This document shows positions 44,172-53,048 of a stretch of DNA of 64,000 nt, piece after piece (within the stretch, counting starts at the first letter, position 1; each line of letters opens with the position of its first letter). The stretch spans positions 114 to 64,113 of the forward strand of contig JAFWKK010000026.1 of NCBI GenBank assembly GCA_017514235.1, in the 5' to 3' direction. The stretch comes from Kiritimatiellia bacterium (GTDB lineage Bacteria; Verrucomicrobiota; Kiritimatiellia; RFP12; UBA1067). Made by a program: the position numbers and the translations under genes. The notes under the pieces are model-generated. The model ran no database searches and was not told where the DNA came from. It saw nothing but the letters and a program-made list of their open reading frames with translations.

Positions 44172-44636
44172 ATGAGAAACGACCTCGGAAAGCTGACCGC
44201 CCTTGGCAGGAAGATCGAAGCCCCGAAAGGCTACGACCCGTCCGTGCTGGACGCCTTCGACAACAGGAATCCCGACCGCGACTACTGGGTCACGTTCACG
44301 GCGCCGGAGTTCACCACGCTCTGTCCCGTGACAGGCCAGCCCGACTTCGCGACCCTGACGATACGGTACGTTCCTGCGAAGCGTCTCGTCGAGTCGAAGT
44401 CTCTCAAGCTCTACCTGTTCGGGTTCCGCAACCGCGGCGACTTTCACGAGGACGTGGTGAACGTCGTATACGACGACTTGACCAGGCTCCTGAAGCCGAA
44501 GTACATGGAGGTGTTCGGCAAGTTCGCCGCGCGCGGCGGCATAACGATAGACCCGTTCGTGAACGGCGGCGCAGGCGCGAAGTGGAAGGCGCTGGCCGCG
44601 CGGCGCTTCGCCGAGTGGCGTGGCGTCAGGGGCTGA
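44172..44636 (+). CDS. queF: NADPH-dependent preQ0 reductase (unimodular QueF)
   Basis: PEFTTLCPVTGQPDFA, VESKSLKLYL, FHED, RGGI. Confidence 0.95.
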   Translation: MRNDLGKLTALGRKIEAPKGYDPSVLDAFDNRNPDRDYWVTFTAPEFTTLCPVTGQPDFATLTIRYVPAKRLVESKSLKLYLFGFRNRGDFHEDVVNVVYDDLTRLLKPKYMEVFGKFAARGGITIDPFVNGGAGAKWKALAARRFAEWRGVRG

Positions 44637-44645
44637 GGCCCGCTC

Positions 44646-45680
44646 ATGGGGGATCAGCCGGTGAAGCGTACGCTTGCAGTAGGGCATTTCCTTAATGCGG
44701 ACTTCCAGTCCGCCTGCGCGCCGCACCTGGGGCGGATACGCGAGACTTTCTTCGCCTGGCCGGGCGTCCTGAGCTGCCGCCCCGCGCCGGACTTCACGCC
44801 GGAACTGCGCGCGCGCATGGTCGCCGACCTGGCGTGGGCAAGGGCTAACGGCGTCGAGCTGGACACGCTGTTCAACTGCAACTGCTACGGCGACGCCGCC
44901 ATTTCTCCCGAGCTGGCGGACTTCGTATCCCGCAATCTTCGCGAGATGGATGCGGCGGGGCTTTTCCCTGACACCGTGACAACCACCTCGCCGTTCATAG
45001 CGAAGGTGCTGCGCCGCCGTTTCCCGTCCGTCAAGATACGCCTGAGCGTCAACATCCGCGTCCACGGCACCGTCGGCTTCGAGCCGGTCATGGATCTTTT
45101 CGACTCGTTCTACGCATCGCGCGAACGTCACCGCGAGCTCGACTGGCTCGCCGAACTTTCGCGCTGGGCGAGGGCCAACGGCAAGGTCCTTGGAATGCAG
45201 GCGAACTCCGGCTGCATCAGGCAGTGCGCGTACCAGACGTTCCACGACAACCTGCACGGGCACGGCGACGGGCGCCGTCCGCAGGACGTAGCGACCATGA
45301 AGGACTACGGCTTCACGTTCTTCCTCTGCAAGGAGAACTACGAGCGTGGCCGTTACGAGGATTTCCTGCGCTCGACGTGGATACGTCCGGAAGACCTGCC
45401 GGAGTACGAGGAGCACGTCGACATCGTGAAGCTGGCGACGCGCCGTCATCCGCACCCCGTGGAGGTGTTGAACGCGTATGCGACGTATTCTTACGACGGC
45501 AGCCTTGCCGACCTGATGGATGCCTGCCATGCGCTGCCGAAGTCTTTCGACAACAGGTCGTTCGACGAGAACCTTCCGCTCTGGCGCGCGGTGCGCGGCT
45601 GCCGCGACGCGAACGACTGCCGGCACTGCGGCAGGTGCGCTGCGCTCATGGACGCCGTGTTCCGCGAAAGGGCCTCCTGA
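44646..45680 (+). CDS. U32-peptidase-superfamily-like Fe-S TIM-barrel protein
   Basis: LFNCNCYG, NSGC..QC, FLCK, WIRPED, KLATR and a C-terminal C....C..C..C cluster. Confidence 0.7.
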   Translation: MGDQPVKRTLAVGHFLNADFQSACAPHLGRIRETFFAWPGVLSCRPAPDFTPELRARMVADLAWARANGVELDTLFNCNCYGDAAISPELADFVSRNLREMDAAGLFPDTVTTTSPFIAKVLRRRFPSVKIRLSVNIRVHGTVGFEPVMDLFDSFYASRERHRELDWLAELSRWARANGKVLGMQANSGCIRQCAYQTFHDNLHGHGDGRRPQDVATMKDYGFTFFLCKENYERGRYEDFLRSTWIRPEDLPEYEEHVDIVKLATRRHPHPVEVLNAYATYSYDGSLADLMDACHALPKSFDNRSFDENLPLWRAVRGCRDANDCRHCGRCAALMDAVFRERAS

Positions 45681-45681
45681 C

Positions 45682-46800
45682 ATGGGCAGGGTTCTCGTTC
45701 TCGGCCGCGGTGCGAGCGGCAAGGCCGCCGAGGCGATGTTCCGTGCCGAAGGGCGCGACGTCGACGTTGCAGACGGTTGCGACCTTGTCGTGGCGAGCCC
45801 GGGCATCCGTGTCGTCAGCGAACTGCAGGCCGGCTGCGAGGAGCTGAAGCGGCGCGGCTGGCGGCTTCTCGCAGTCACCGGCTCGAAGGGCAAGTCGAGC
45901 GTCGTCAAGGCCGTCGCGGACGGTCTCCGTCTCGCTGGCGTCAGGGCGGTCGCATGCGGCAACTACGGCACGCCCGTGTGCGAAGTCGCGATGTCCGATG
46001 CGCCGTCCGGTCCGGCGTGGGGAGTTGTCGAGGTGTCCTCGTTCATGATGGAGACGACTTCGCTCGGGCCGGAAGCATTCGAGGCGGCGGCGCTGCTGAA
46101 CCTTCAGGAGGATCATCTTGACCGGCACGGTTCTGCTGCGGCGTACCATTCGCTGAAGCGGCGGCTGCTTTCGATGTCGGCCTGTCCGCGCGACTTCTCC
46201 TCGGTGAGCGCGGATGCCGCGCGCGCCGAGGCCGGGACGCTCTTCGCAGGTTCGTACTTCGACAACGACGTGCTTGCCGCGAACGGGCTGGCCGCCGCGT
46301 GGCTCATGCGCGAGGCGGGCCTTGATGACGCGGCGGTCCGCAGGGCGTTCGCGTCGTTCGAGCCGCTGCCTCACCGCTTTCAGCTTGTCGCCGAGATTGA
46401 CGGCGTTCGGTTCGTCGACGACTCGAAGGCGACGAGCATTGCCGCGCTCGCCGCAGGAGTGACGATGGCGGGCGGCGGAGTGCGCCTGATTGCAGGCGGA
46501 TTGCTCAAGGGCGACGACCCGTCGGCGGCCGAGCCCGTCTTGACAAGACGGGTCAAAAAAGTGTATCTTATCGGCAAAGGCGCGGAAGCGCTTGCGGCGG
46601 CCTGGCGCGGCACTGTGGATTGCGAGATTTGCGGTACGCTGGAAAGGGCAGTTGCGGGCGCGAGACGCGACGCGGCGAGGGGTGAGACGGTTCTGCTGTC
46701 GCCCGGAGCCGCGAGCTTCGACCAGTTTCAAAGTTTCGGGGAACGCGGGGACGTCTTCGCGGGACTCGTCAAAGTCAAGAAAGAAGGAACAGACAAATGA
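45682..46800 (+). CDS. murD: UDP-MurNAc-L-Ala:D-Glu ligase (compact form)
   Basis: VVASPG, AVTGSKGKSS, EVSSF, DHLDRH, LPHR, DDSKAT, LLSPGAASFDQF.SF.ERG..F. Confidence 0.9.
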   Translation: MGRVLVLGRGASGKAAEAMFRAEGRDVDVADGCDLVVASPGIRVVSELQAGCEELKRRGWRLLAVTGSKGKSSVVKAVADGLRLAGVRAVACGNYGTPVCEVAMSDAPSGPAWGVVEVSSFMMETTSLGPEAFEAAALLNLQEDHLDRHGSAAAYHSLKRRLLSMSACPRDFSSVSADAARAEAGTLFAGSYFDNDVLAANGLAAAWLMREAGLDDAAVRRAFASFEPLPHRFQLVAEIDGVRFVDDSKATSIAALAAGVTMAGGGVRLIAGGLLKGDDPSAAEPVLTRRVKKVYLIGKGAEALAAAWRGTVDCEICGTLERAVAGARRDAARGETVLLSPGAASFDQFQSFGERGDVFAGLVKVKKEGTDK

Positions 46801-47867
46801 ACAAGTTCGGAATGGTGATTGGCGTCGCGGCGGTCGCGGCGATTGCCGGCTGCAAGGACCCTGACTACAACCGTGGCGGAAACACTCAGAACGAGCCGAC
46901 TACCATCGGGGAACAGCCGACCCCGGCGGCGGTAACGACGACGCCTAGCGACATCGAGGTGAAAGACGTCCCATTGGCAAGGTGCCGTTGCGCTCCCGGC
47001 ACGCGGCACGCGAAGCCCTGCGCCTGCGGCGCCCCTGACTGCACTTGCATCGTCTCGGCGGCTCCGGTGGCGGCCAAGCCTGTGCCGGCGGCCGTTGCCG
47101 AGCCGGAGACCACGATTTACATCGTCCAGAGCGGCGACTATCTTGCGAAGATATCAAAGAAGTACAACGTCACGATCGCGTCCATCAAGCGGCTGAACCC
47201 GTCCATCGGCGAAAAGAACGTCGTGCGCGTCGGGCAGAAGATAAAGCTTCCAGGCAAGATCGACGTCGGCGTGCAGAAGGAGCCGGTGAAGGCCGCAGCA
47301 GCCAAGCCTGCCAGGAAGCCGTATGCTCCCTATTCGGGCGCCACCAAGGAGTATGTCGTGAAGAACGGCGACACGCTCGGCGCGATAGCCTACGCGAACG
47401 GCATCAGCATCCGCCAGCTCAAGGAGCTTAACGGACTTTCCACTGACATGCTGCGCATCGGCCAGAAGCTGAAGATTCCGGCCGAGAAGGTCGTTGCCGC
47501 CAAGCCGGCCAAGCCCGCTGCCGCTGTTGCGGAGAAGGCCGTTGCGAAGAAGAAGGTTGAGCCGGCCGCGCCTGCTCCTGCCGCTGACTCTGCGTCGGCA
47601 GCCGCTGACTCTGCGTCGGCAGCCGCTGAGCCCGCGCAAGACGTCTCTCCTGCGGCCGAGACGCAGTCTTCTCCCGCCCCTGCGGTTTCCGCTGACGAAG
47701 CCCCCTCGACGACGACATATGTCGTGCAAGAGGGAGATGACATAACCGGCGTGTCCATTCGCTTCGGCGTCTCCGCTGCGGTAATCCGCGAACTCAACAA
47801 TCTCAGCGACAACGATCAGCTCGTTCCCGGGCAGATCATCAAGCTGCCGGCTGACGTGCAGCAGTAA
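46797..47867 (+). CDS. Lipoprotein with three LysM domains
   Basis: Lipobox IAGC; YIVQSGD, YVVKNGD and YVVQEGD repeats; Ala/Pro/Lys-rich linkers. Confidence 0.9.
   Translation: MNKFGMVIGVAAVAAIAGCKDPDYNRGGNTQNEPTTIGEQPTPAAVTTTPSDIEVKDVPLARCRCAPGTRHAKPCACGAPDCTCIVSAAPVAAKPVPAAVAEPETTIYIVQSGDYLAKISKKYNVTIASIKRLNPSIGEKNVVRVGQKIKLPGKIDVGVQKEPVKAAAAKPARKPYAPYSGATKEYVVKNGDTLGAIAYANGISIRQLKELNGLSTDMLRIGQKLKIPAEKVVAAKPAKPAAAVAEKAVAKKKVEPAAPAPAADSASAAADSASAAAEPAQDVSPAAETQSSPAPAVSADEAPSTTTYVVQEGDDITGVSIRFGVSAAVIRELNNLSDNDQLVPGQIIKLPADVQQ
47580..47629 (+). repeat. Perfect 21-bp tandem repeat (about 2.4 copies) in the LysM linker
   Basis: GCCGCTGACTCTGCGTCGGCA twice, then GCCGCTGA. Confidence 0.85.
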
Positions 47868-47873
47868 GGCGAA

Positions 47874-48986
47874 GTGCGCAAGTCCGCACTTCTTGCATTC
47901 GGCCTGGTAGTCACGGCTCTCGTGCTGCTGGGCCTTGTCGTTCTCTCCAGCGCGAGCGAAGCGAACGCCATGCGTTACCATGGCAACGACGCATATTTCT
48001 TCATGCGCCGCCAGTTCGAGTACCTGCTTGCAGGCATCATGGTGGTTGTCGCGGTGTCGTTGTTCGACTATCGCAAGTGGCGCGACTGCGAGTTCCTGAC
48101 ATGGGCGTTCTACGCGGTGGTGCTCGTGCTTCTGGTGGTGGTCCTTCGCGCACGCGCCATCAACGGCTCGCATCGCTGGCTGAGCTTGGGTCGCGTCAGC
48201 CTGCAGCCGAGTGAACTCGCGAAGCTGGTGATCGTAATAGCGCTGGCGGTCTGGCAGGACAAGGCGGGCTACAGGGTCGAGCTGTTCATGCGCGGAGCAT
48301 TCTGGCCGGCGGTGCTGATAGCCGTCCTTGCGGTGCCCATTCTCCTCGAACCGGATTTCGGCTCGGTCATGGTCGTAGGCTCGGTGGGGTTCCTGGTCAT
48401 GTTCGTGTCCGGCACGCGAATCCTGCACATGACGCCGTTTGCGCTTGTCGGCGTCGGCGTAGTGGTCTACAAGGTGCTGACCAACGCGAACCGCGTAGCG
48501 CGCCTCTTCGACGAGCGCGCTCTCTACCAGGTGAACATGGCTCTTGCCGCGATCAGCAACGGCGGGCTGTGGGGCGTCGGACTCGGGAATTCGATGCAGA
48601 AGCAGCTATACCTGCCGGAGGCGCACACGGACTTCGTCTTTGCCGTTGGCGCAGAGGAACTTGGCATCGTGTTTTCCGTCGTCGTCATACTCCTCTTTGC
48701 CGCGTTCTTCGGGCTCTCCGTCTACATCGCGCGACGGGCCAGCGACCGCTTCGGGCGCTTCCTTGTGGTCGGGATGGCCTTCATCATATTCTTTCAGGCG
48801 ATGTTCAACCTTGGCGTCGTCTGCAAGGCCCTGCCGACGAAGGGCATGGCGCTGCCGTTCTTCAGCTACGGCGGCACAAACCTGCTGAGCGCGTTCTTTG
48901 CGGTCGGCACGATCCTTTCCGTGGGCATTCACTCCTACCGTGACCGCAAGCATGCGCTCGGTCGCAAGGTGCTGATGAGGGTCTGA
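47874..48986 (+). CDS. ftsW: SEDS peptidoglycan polymerase FtsW
   Basis: GSHRW, QPSELAK, EPDFGS, YQ...A...GG.WG.G, LPEAHTDF, EELG, LPFFSYGG; position after murD-LysM. Confidence 0.9.
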   Translation: MRKSALLAFGLVVTALVLLGLVVLSSASEANAMRYHGNDAYFFMRRQFEYLLAGIMVVVAVSLFDYRKWRDCEFLTWAFYAVVLVLLVVVLRARAINGSHRWLSLGRVSLQPSELAKLVIVIALAVWQDKAGYRVELFMRGAFWPAVLIAVLAVPILLEPDFGSVMVVGSVGFLVMFVSGTRILHMTPFALVGVGVVVYKVLTNANRVARLFDERALYQVNMALAAISNGGLWGVGLGNSMQKQLYLPEAHTDFVFAVGAEELGIVFSVVVILLFAAFFGLSVYIARRASDRFGRFLVVGMAFIIFFQAMFNLGVVCKALPTKGMALPFFSYGGTNLLSAFFAVGTILSVGIHSYRDRKHALGRKVLMRV

Positions 48987-48987
48987 G

Positions 48988-50130
48988 ATGGCGGAGAGTC
49001 CCCATCCGAAACCGTTCACCGTCTCGGCACTTACGGTCCAGCTCAAGTCTGCGATCGAGCCGCGCTTCACCCGCATCTACGTCGAGGCCGAGATCAGCGG
49101 CTGGCGGCTCTACCCGTCCGGCCACGCCTACTTCACGCTGAAGGATTCCGGGGCGCAGATACAGGCCGTGATGTTCGCGAACGCCCTTGGGCGCTGCCGG
49201 GCGGCTGCTGGGCTGAAGGACGGCGCGAAGGTCGTGGTGTACGGCAATGTCTCCATCTATGCTCCGCGAGGCAACTACCAGCTCGTCGTGCTCGCGGCGA
49301 AGCTGGTTGGCGAGGGCGACCTCATGCAGCGGTACATTGAGCTTAAGGCGAAGCTGGAGAAGGAAGGGCTCTTCGACGCGGCGAGGAAGCGTCCGCTGCC
49401 GTTCCTGCCGCGGCGCATAGGGCTCGTGACGAGCGAGGCTGGAGCCGTCGTGCACGACATGTGCACCGTGCTTTCGCGCCGTTTTCCAGACCTGGAGATA
49501 CGCCTCTTCCCGTGCCAGGTGCAGGGCTCCGCCGCTGCCGCGTCTGTCGTGCGCGGCCTTGCCTACTTCAACGACCCGTCGCTCGACTGGAAGGCCGATC
49601 TGCTGATTGTTGCGCGCGGCGGCGGGAGCTTCGAGGACCTTTTCTGCTTCAACGACGAGACGCTGGTGCGTGCGGTCGCCGCGTCCGAGATACCGGTCGT
49701 GTCCGCCGTGGGGCATGAGACGGACTTCACGCTCTGCGACTTTGCCGCAGACGTCCGGGCAGGCACGCCTTCCATGGCGGCGGAACTTGCCGTGCCGGTC
49801 GTTGCCGAGCTTCGTCAGCGCATTTCGGTCTGCGACCGCCAGCTGGTCGCTTCGTTACGCAGCCGTGGAGAGTTCTTCGCCCAGCGCACGGACCATCTTT
49901 CGGACGCGCTTGTCGACGCCCTGGCGCTCTTCCGCGAGCGGCTTGAGCGCAGGCTGGAGCACGCCGCGACGAAGATGCGCCTGCTGTCCCCATACGGTGT
50001 CCTTGAGCGCGGCTATTCGCTGACGCGCACCGAGGACGGCACGGTCGTGCGCGACGCCGCGTCGCTGAAGCGCGGCACACGTCTTGTCACGCGCCTTGCG
50101 AAGGGCGAATTCGCCTCCGAAGTCGTCTGA
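48988..50130 (+). CDS. xseA: Exodeoxyribonuclease VII large subunit
   Basis: SGHAYFTLKD, EGLFD..RKRPLP, ARGGGS.EDL..FN, AVGHETDFT..D..AD.RAGTPS, LSP..VLERGY. Confidence 0.95.
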   Translation: MAESPHPKPFTVSALTVQLKSAIEPRFTRIYVEAEISGWRLYPSGHAYFTLKDSGAQIQAVMFANALGRCRAAAGLKDGAKVVVYGNVSIYAPRGNYQLVVLAAKLVGEGDLMQRYIELKAKLEKEGLFDAARKRPLPFLPRRIGLVTSEAGAVVHDMCTVLSRRFPDLEIRLFPCQVQGSAAAASVVRGLAYFNDPSLDWKADLLIVARGGGSFEDLFCFNDETLVRAVAASEIPVVSAVGHETDFTLCDFAADVRAGTPSMAAELAVPVVAELRQRISVCDRQLVASLRSRGEFFAQRTDHLSDALVDALALFRERLERRLEHAATKMRLLSPYGVLERGYSLTRTEDGTVVRDAASLKRGTRLVTRLAKGEFASEVV

Positions 50131-50171
50131 TCCGTTCGGTTTGGCGTAATAGAAACAATTTGTCGCAGCAA

Positions 50172-50210
50172 GGCAGTTTTCAAAACTGCCGCGCTTGATT
50201 TCAGCGCGGC
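50172..50210. terminator. Overlapping hairpins between convergent xseA and putP (probable bidirectional terminator)
   Basis: GGCAGTTTT-C-AAAACTGCC and GCCGCGC-TTGATTTCA-GCGCGGC. Confidence 0.5.
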
Positions 50211-50330
50211 GGCTTTGCTTATACTACGAGCGTCTTCGTGCGGGTGGTCGTGAGGGCGGCGGACTGTCCGGGGACAAGACATAGTTCGGGACCTGATTGG
50301 GAGCGTCAAGTCGTATGTGCATGATGGTGT

Positions 50331-51833
50331 TTACTTTGCCTTCATGGCATTGCGGACAGCATTGAACTCGGCGAGGATTGCCGTATCGCGTTGCGAACTG
50401 AGCGTGTTTCCGACGAGGCAGGCGATTGTGCTGGCTAGGAATCCGGGCAGAAGTTCGTACATATAGGCACTCAAACCCGCGAAGCGCCAGCCCAGCATTA
50501 CCGCTAGGCCGGTGAACATTGCGGCGAGCGCGGTGGGCCACGCCATGCGCCGCGAATACAGCGAGAAGAGGATCACAGGGCCAAACGCCGCGCCGAAACC
50601 TCCCCATGCAAACTGCACGACAGTGAAGATCGTCTCGAGGTCCATGAGCGCAATGCCGAGCGCGACGAGCGCGATCACTGCGACGAATATCCGCGAGATG
50701 CGCACAAGTCTCTTCTCGGGCAATGTGCGCGATGCAAGGCACTTGTACATGTCCTCGGTGAGCGTAGAGGAACAGACGAGCAGCTGCGAGTCAATTGTGG
50801 ACATGATTGCCGACAGCAGGGCTGCAAGCAGAACGCCGCCGATCCACGGGTTGAAGTACACCTGCACCATGCGGATGAATATCTTCTCTGCGCCCTTGGC
50901 GTCCGGCGCGGAGCCCCAGAGCTGCTGGGTGACGGCGTCGGGCATGGCGAGAAGGGCGATGACTGTAGCCATGCCTAGCGAGATGACCACCCAGATCATC
51001 GCTATCGTCGTGGATTTTGGGAGTTCGCGGCGGTCGGAGATGGACATGAAGCGCGTTAGGATGTGTGGTTGTCCGAAGTAGCCGAGCCCCCAAGCCATTG
51101 CCGACGTTACGCCGAGCATGGCGGTGGTCGTGACACCGTCTGGGAATGCGTTCATGTGGCGCACCGCCCAGTCCGCTGCGAAGGCGACGCTTGGGTTTTT
51201 GATGTAGCACATGGCTGGCGCGGCGATGAGCGCGAAAAACATGAGGCTGCCCTGCACGAGGTCCGTCCAGCACACGGCGAGGTATCCGCCCATGAAAGTG
51301 TACGAGAGGATTACGACTGCGCCGGCGCCCACTGCTATGCGGTAGTCAATGTCAAGCATCGACTCGAAGAGTTTGCCGGCGGCGACGAGACCGGTGGAGA
51401 CGTAGACTGTGAAGAAGATGAGGGTGATTAGCGTGCCCAGCATGCGCATCGCACCAGACGGATCGCGGAATCTGTTAGCAAGGTAGGAGGGAATGGTCAT
51501 GGAGCCTGTCTTTTCAGAGTAGACCCTTAGGCGTGGCGCTACAAAGAGCCAGTTGCATAGTGTTCCGAGGGCAAGCCCGACGGCGCACCAGATGTCGCCC
51601 CAACCGCCGCCGTCACGCATCATGTAGATCGCGCCCGGGAGTCCCATCAGCAGCCATCCGCTCATGTCGGACGCCTGTGCGCTCATGGCCGTAACCCAGC
51701 TGCCGAGGCCGCGCCTGCCAAGAAGGTATTCGTCGAGCCTGCCGCTTGATCGCTTCATGAAGAAGAAGCCGATCGCTAGCATGAACAGCAGATAGCCGAT
51801 GAATGCTATGAGCGTTGGCAACATGTCTTTCAT
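50331..51833 (-). CDS. putP: Sodium/proline symporter
   Basis: YLLGRRGLG, AMSAQASDMSGWLLMGLPG, GGYLAV.WTD.VQG, WGLGYFGQPHIL.RFM, AIMSTIDSQLL, YELLPGF. Confidence 0.93.
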   Translation of the reverse strand: MKDMLPTLIAFIGYLLFMLAIGFFFMKRSSGRLDEYLLGRRGLGSWVTAMSAQASDMSGWLLMGLPGAIYMMRDGGGWGDIWCAVGLALGTLCNWLFVAPRLRVYSEKTGSMTIPSYLANRFRDPSGAMRMLGTLITLIFFTVYVSTGLVAAGKLFESMLDIDYRIAVGAGAVVILSYTFMGGYLAVCWTDLVQGSLMFFALIAAPAMCYIKNPSVAFAADWAVRHMNAFPDGVTTTAMLGVTSAMAWGLGYFGQPHILTRFMSISDRRELPKSTTIAMIWVVISLGMATVIALLAMPDAVTQQLWGSAPDAKGAEKIFIRMVQVYFNPWIGGVLLAALLSAIMSTIDSQLLVCSSTLTEDMYKCLASRTLPEKRLVRISRIFVAVIALVALGIALMDLETIFTVVQFAWGGFGAAFGPVILFSLYSRRMAWPTALAAMFTGLAVMLGWRFAGLSAYMYELLPGFLASTIACLVGNTLSSQRDTAILAEFNAVRNAMKAK

Positions 51834-51855
51834 TGGCGTGGCGTCTTGGCGCGGA

Positions 51856-52533
51856 TCAGTCGTACTGTTTCATTTCCTCCTGAACGCGGCGTTTAGTCGC
51901 TTCGTCGGGTGCGACGACGATTCCGCGCAGGCGGTATGGCGCCCAGCCGTTCGTCCATGAGGTGTCTCGGAAGGCTTCTTCGAAGGCGTCCTGGTCGGGC
52001 AGTACGTCGTCCGTCGTGCCGGCGCGGCCGTCCGGGCCCTTCGAGTAGAGGATCGGGTGCCCGCCTTCGGGACGCGTCTCGTAGACGTAGGCGTTGCCCC
52101 ACGGATCGTCCACGATGTGGTTGACGTAAGGACCGTCCCAGCCCTGCTTGCGCCAGGCCTTTGCCGCGAGCGCGTTCAGCCCCTCGGCGGTGGTCGGGTA
52201 GTCGCCGACGTGGAACTTGTACCGCCCCAGCGCGACTGCCAGCGCCCGCATCGACTGTTGCGCCTGCAGCGGCTTGCGCTCGATTCGCGCCTTGTCGAAC
52301 CCTATGCCGTTGCGAGTGGCCGACAGCACCAGCGATCCCGCCACGGCCAGCAGGAGGAACGCAAGGCCGTAGAAGAGCGGGCCCTTGCGCAGCTCTGGCG
52401 CTCCGCCGCCGAGCTCGGCGCGCTTGCGTTCGTATTCGCGGGCTATGGCCTTTACCGCCGCCCTGCTGGACGCCTTGCCGTTCGACGGCCTCTTCGGACG
52501 GAATTTCCTCCTGAGTTCGTTGTAGTCAACCAT
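51856..52533 (-). CDS. GspG/T2SSG-domain membrane protein lacking a canonical prepilin cleavage site
   Basis: L.RYKFHVGDYPTT.EGL.AL, W.GPY, DPWG..YVY, S.GPDG..GT.DD. Basic N-tail then one TM segment without G/F-x-x-x-E. Confidence 0.75.
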   Translation of the reverse strand: MVDYNELRRKFRPKRPSNGKASSRAAVKAIAREYERKRAELGGGAPELRKGPLFYGLAFLLLAVAGSLVLSATRNGIGFDKARIERKPLQAQQSMRALAVALGRYKFHVGDYPTTAEGLNALAAKAWRKQGWDGPYVNHIVDDPWGNAYVYETRPEGGHPILYSKGPDGRAGTTDDVLPDQDAFEEAFRDTSWTNGWAPYRLRGIVVAPDEATKRRVQEEMKQYD

Positions 52534-52604
52534 AAGCGGATTATATCATAAATTGCCCAACGCGCCCGAGTCCCGGCGAATGGGGAAGAAGGTTCAGCTT
52601 GTCG

Positions 52605-53048
52605 TCACTGCGCTTGGGACGAAGAAGATTGGAATGACGCACGGTATTCGCGCATGGTCGCATTGAATCGGGCGCGAAAGACATTTCGCAGCGTTCCGGG
52701 CGAGCCGTAGCCACATTCGGCGGCGATGGTCTCTTCGTTCTTCGTCGTGCGCTTGAGAAGGTCCAGCACCTTTGACATTCTGACTTCACCAATCACGCTT
52801 ATCACCGTTTTCCCAAGTACGGTCTTGAAGTCCTTTTCGAGCAACCGCGCGGAACAACCGATCTTCTGCGCGATGGCCGCGACCGTCAAGGTGGACTTGA
52901 TGTCATTGCGAATCAAGTCCTGCGCCCGGGCGAGAAGCCCGATGTTCGCCGCCTTGCCTGCATGAGGCTGGAGTTTGGTACGTCGCTCTACCGTGACCCT
53001 GCGTCTCGAAAGACTTTTGAAGTGTCTTCCGTCCGGGTCGAGTAGCGT
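52605..53048 (-). other. Second AraC-type HTH reading frame, in frame with and directly after the XylR stop codon (gene remnant, read-through extension, or small CDS from TTG 52916)
   Basis: The frame is open from 53048 to the stop at 52605: TLLDPD...VTVERRT...LLARAQDLIRND..TV..IA..IG.S.R.LE..F...LG...R......LL......IA.ECGY.S...LR..FR..F..T..EYR. Confidence 0.65.

Noticed and set aside
50172-50190. Palindrome with a TTTCAAA loop that resembles a tRNA-Sec (UCA) anticodon arm, or tRNA-Ser (UGA) on the other strand
   Set aside because: No acceptor stem, D-arm or T-loop (GTTCGA) at the required spacing on either strand; better explained as part of a terminator between convergent genes.
50331-51833. 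Recent horizontal acquisition of putP
   Set aside because: GC looks only modestly lower (about 55% in one hand-counted line) and there are no mobility signatures; this needs a computed codon analysis.
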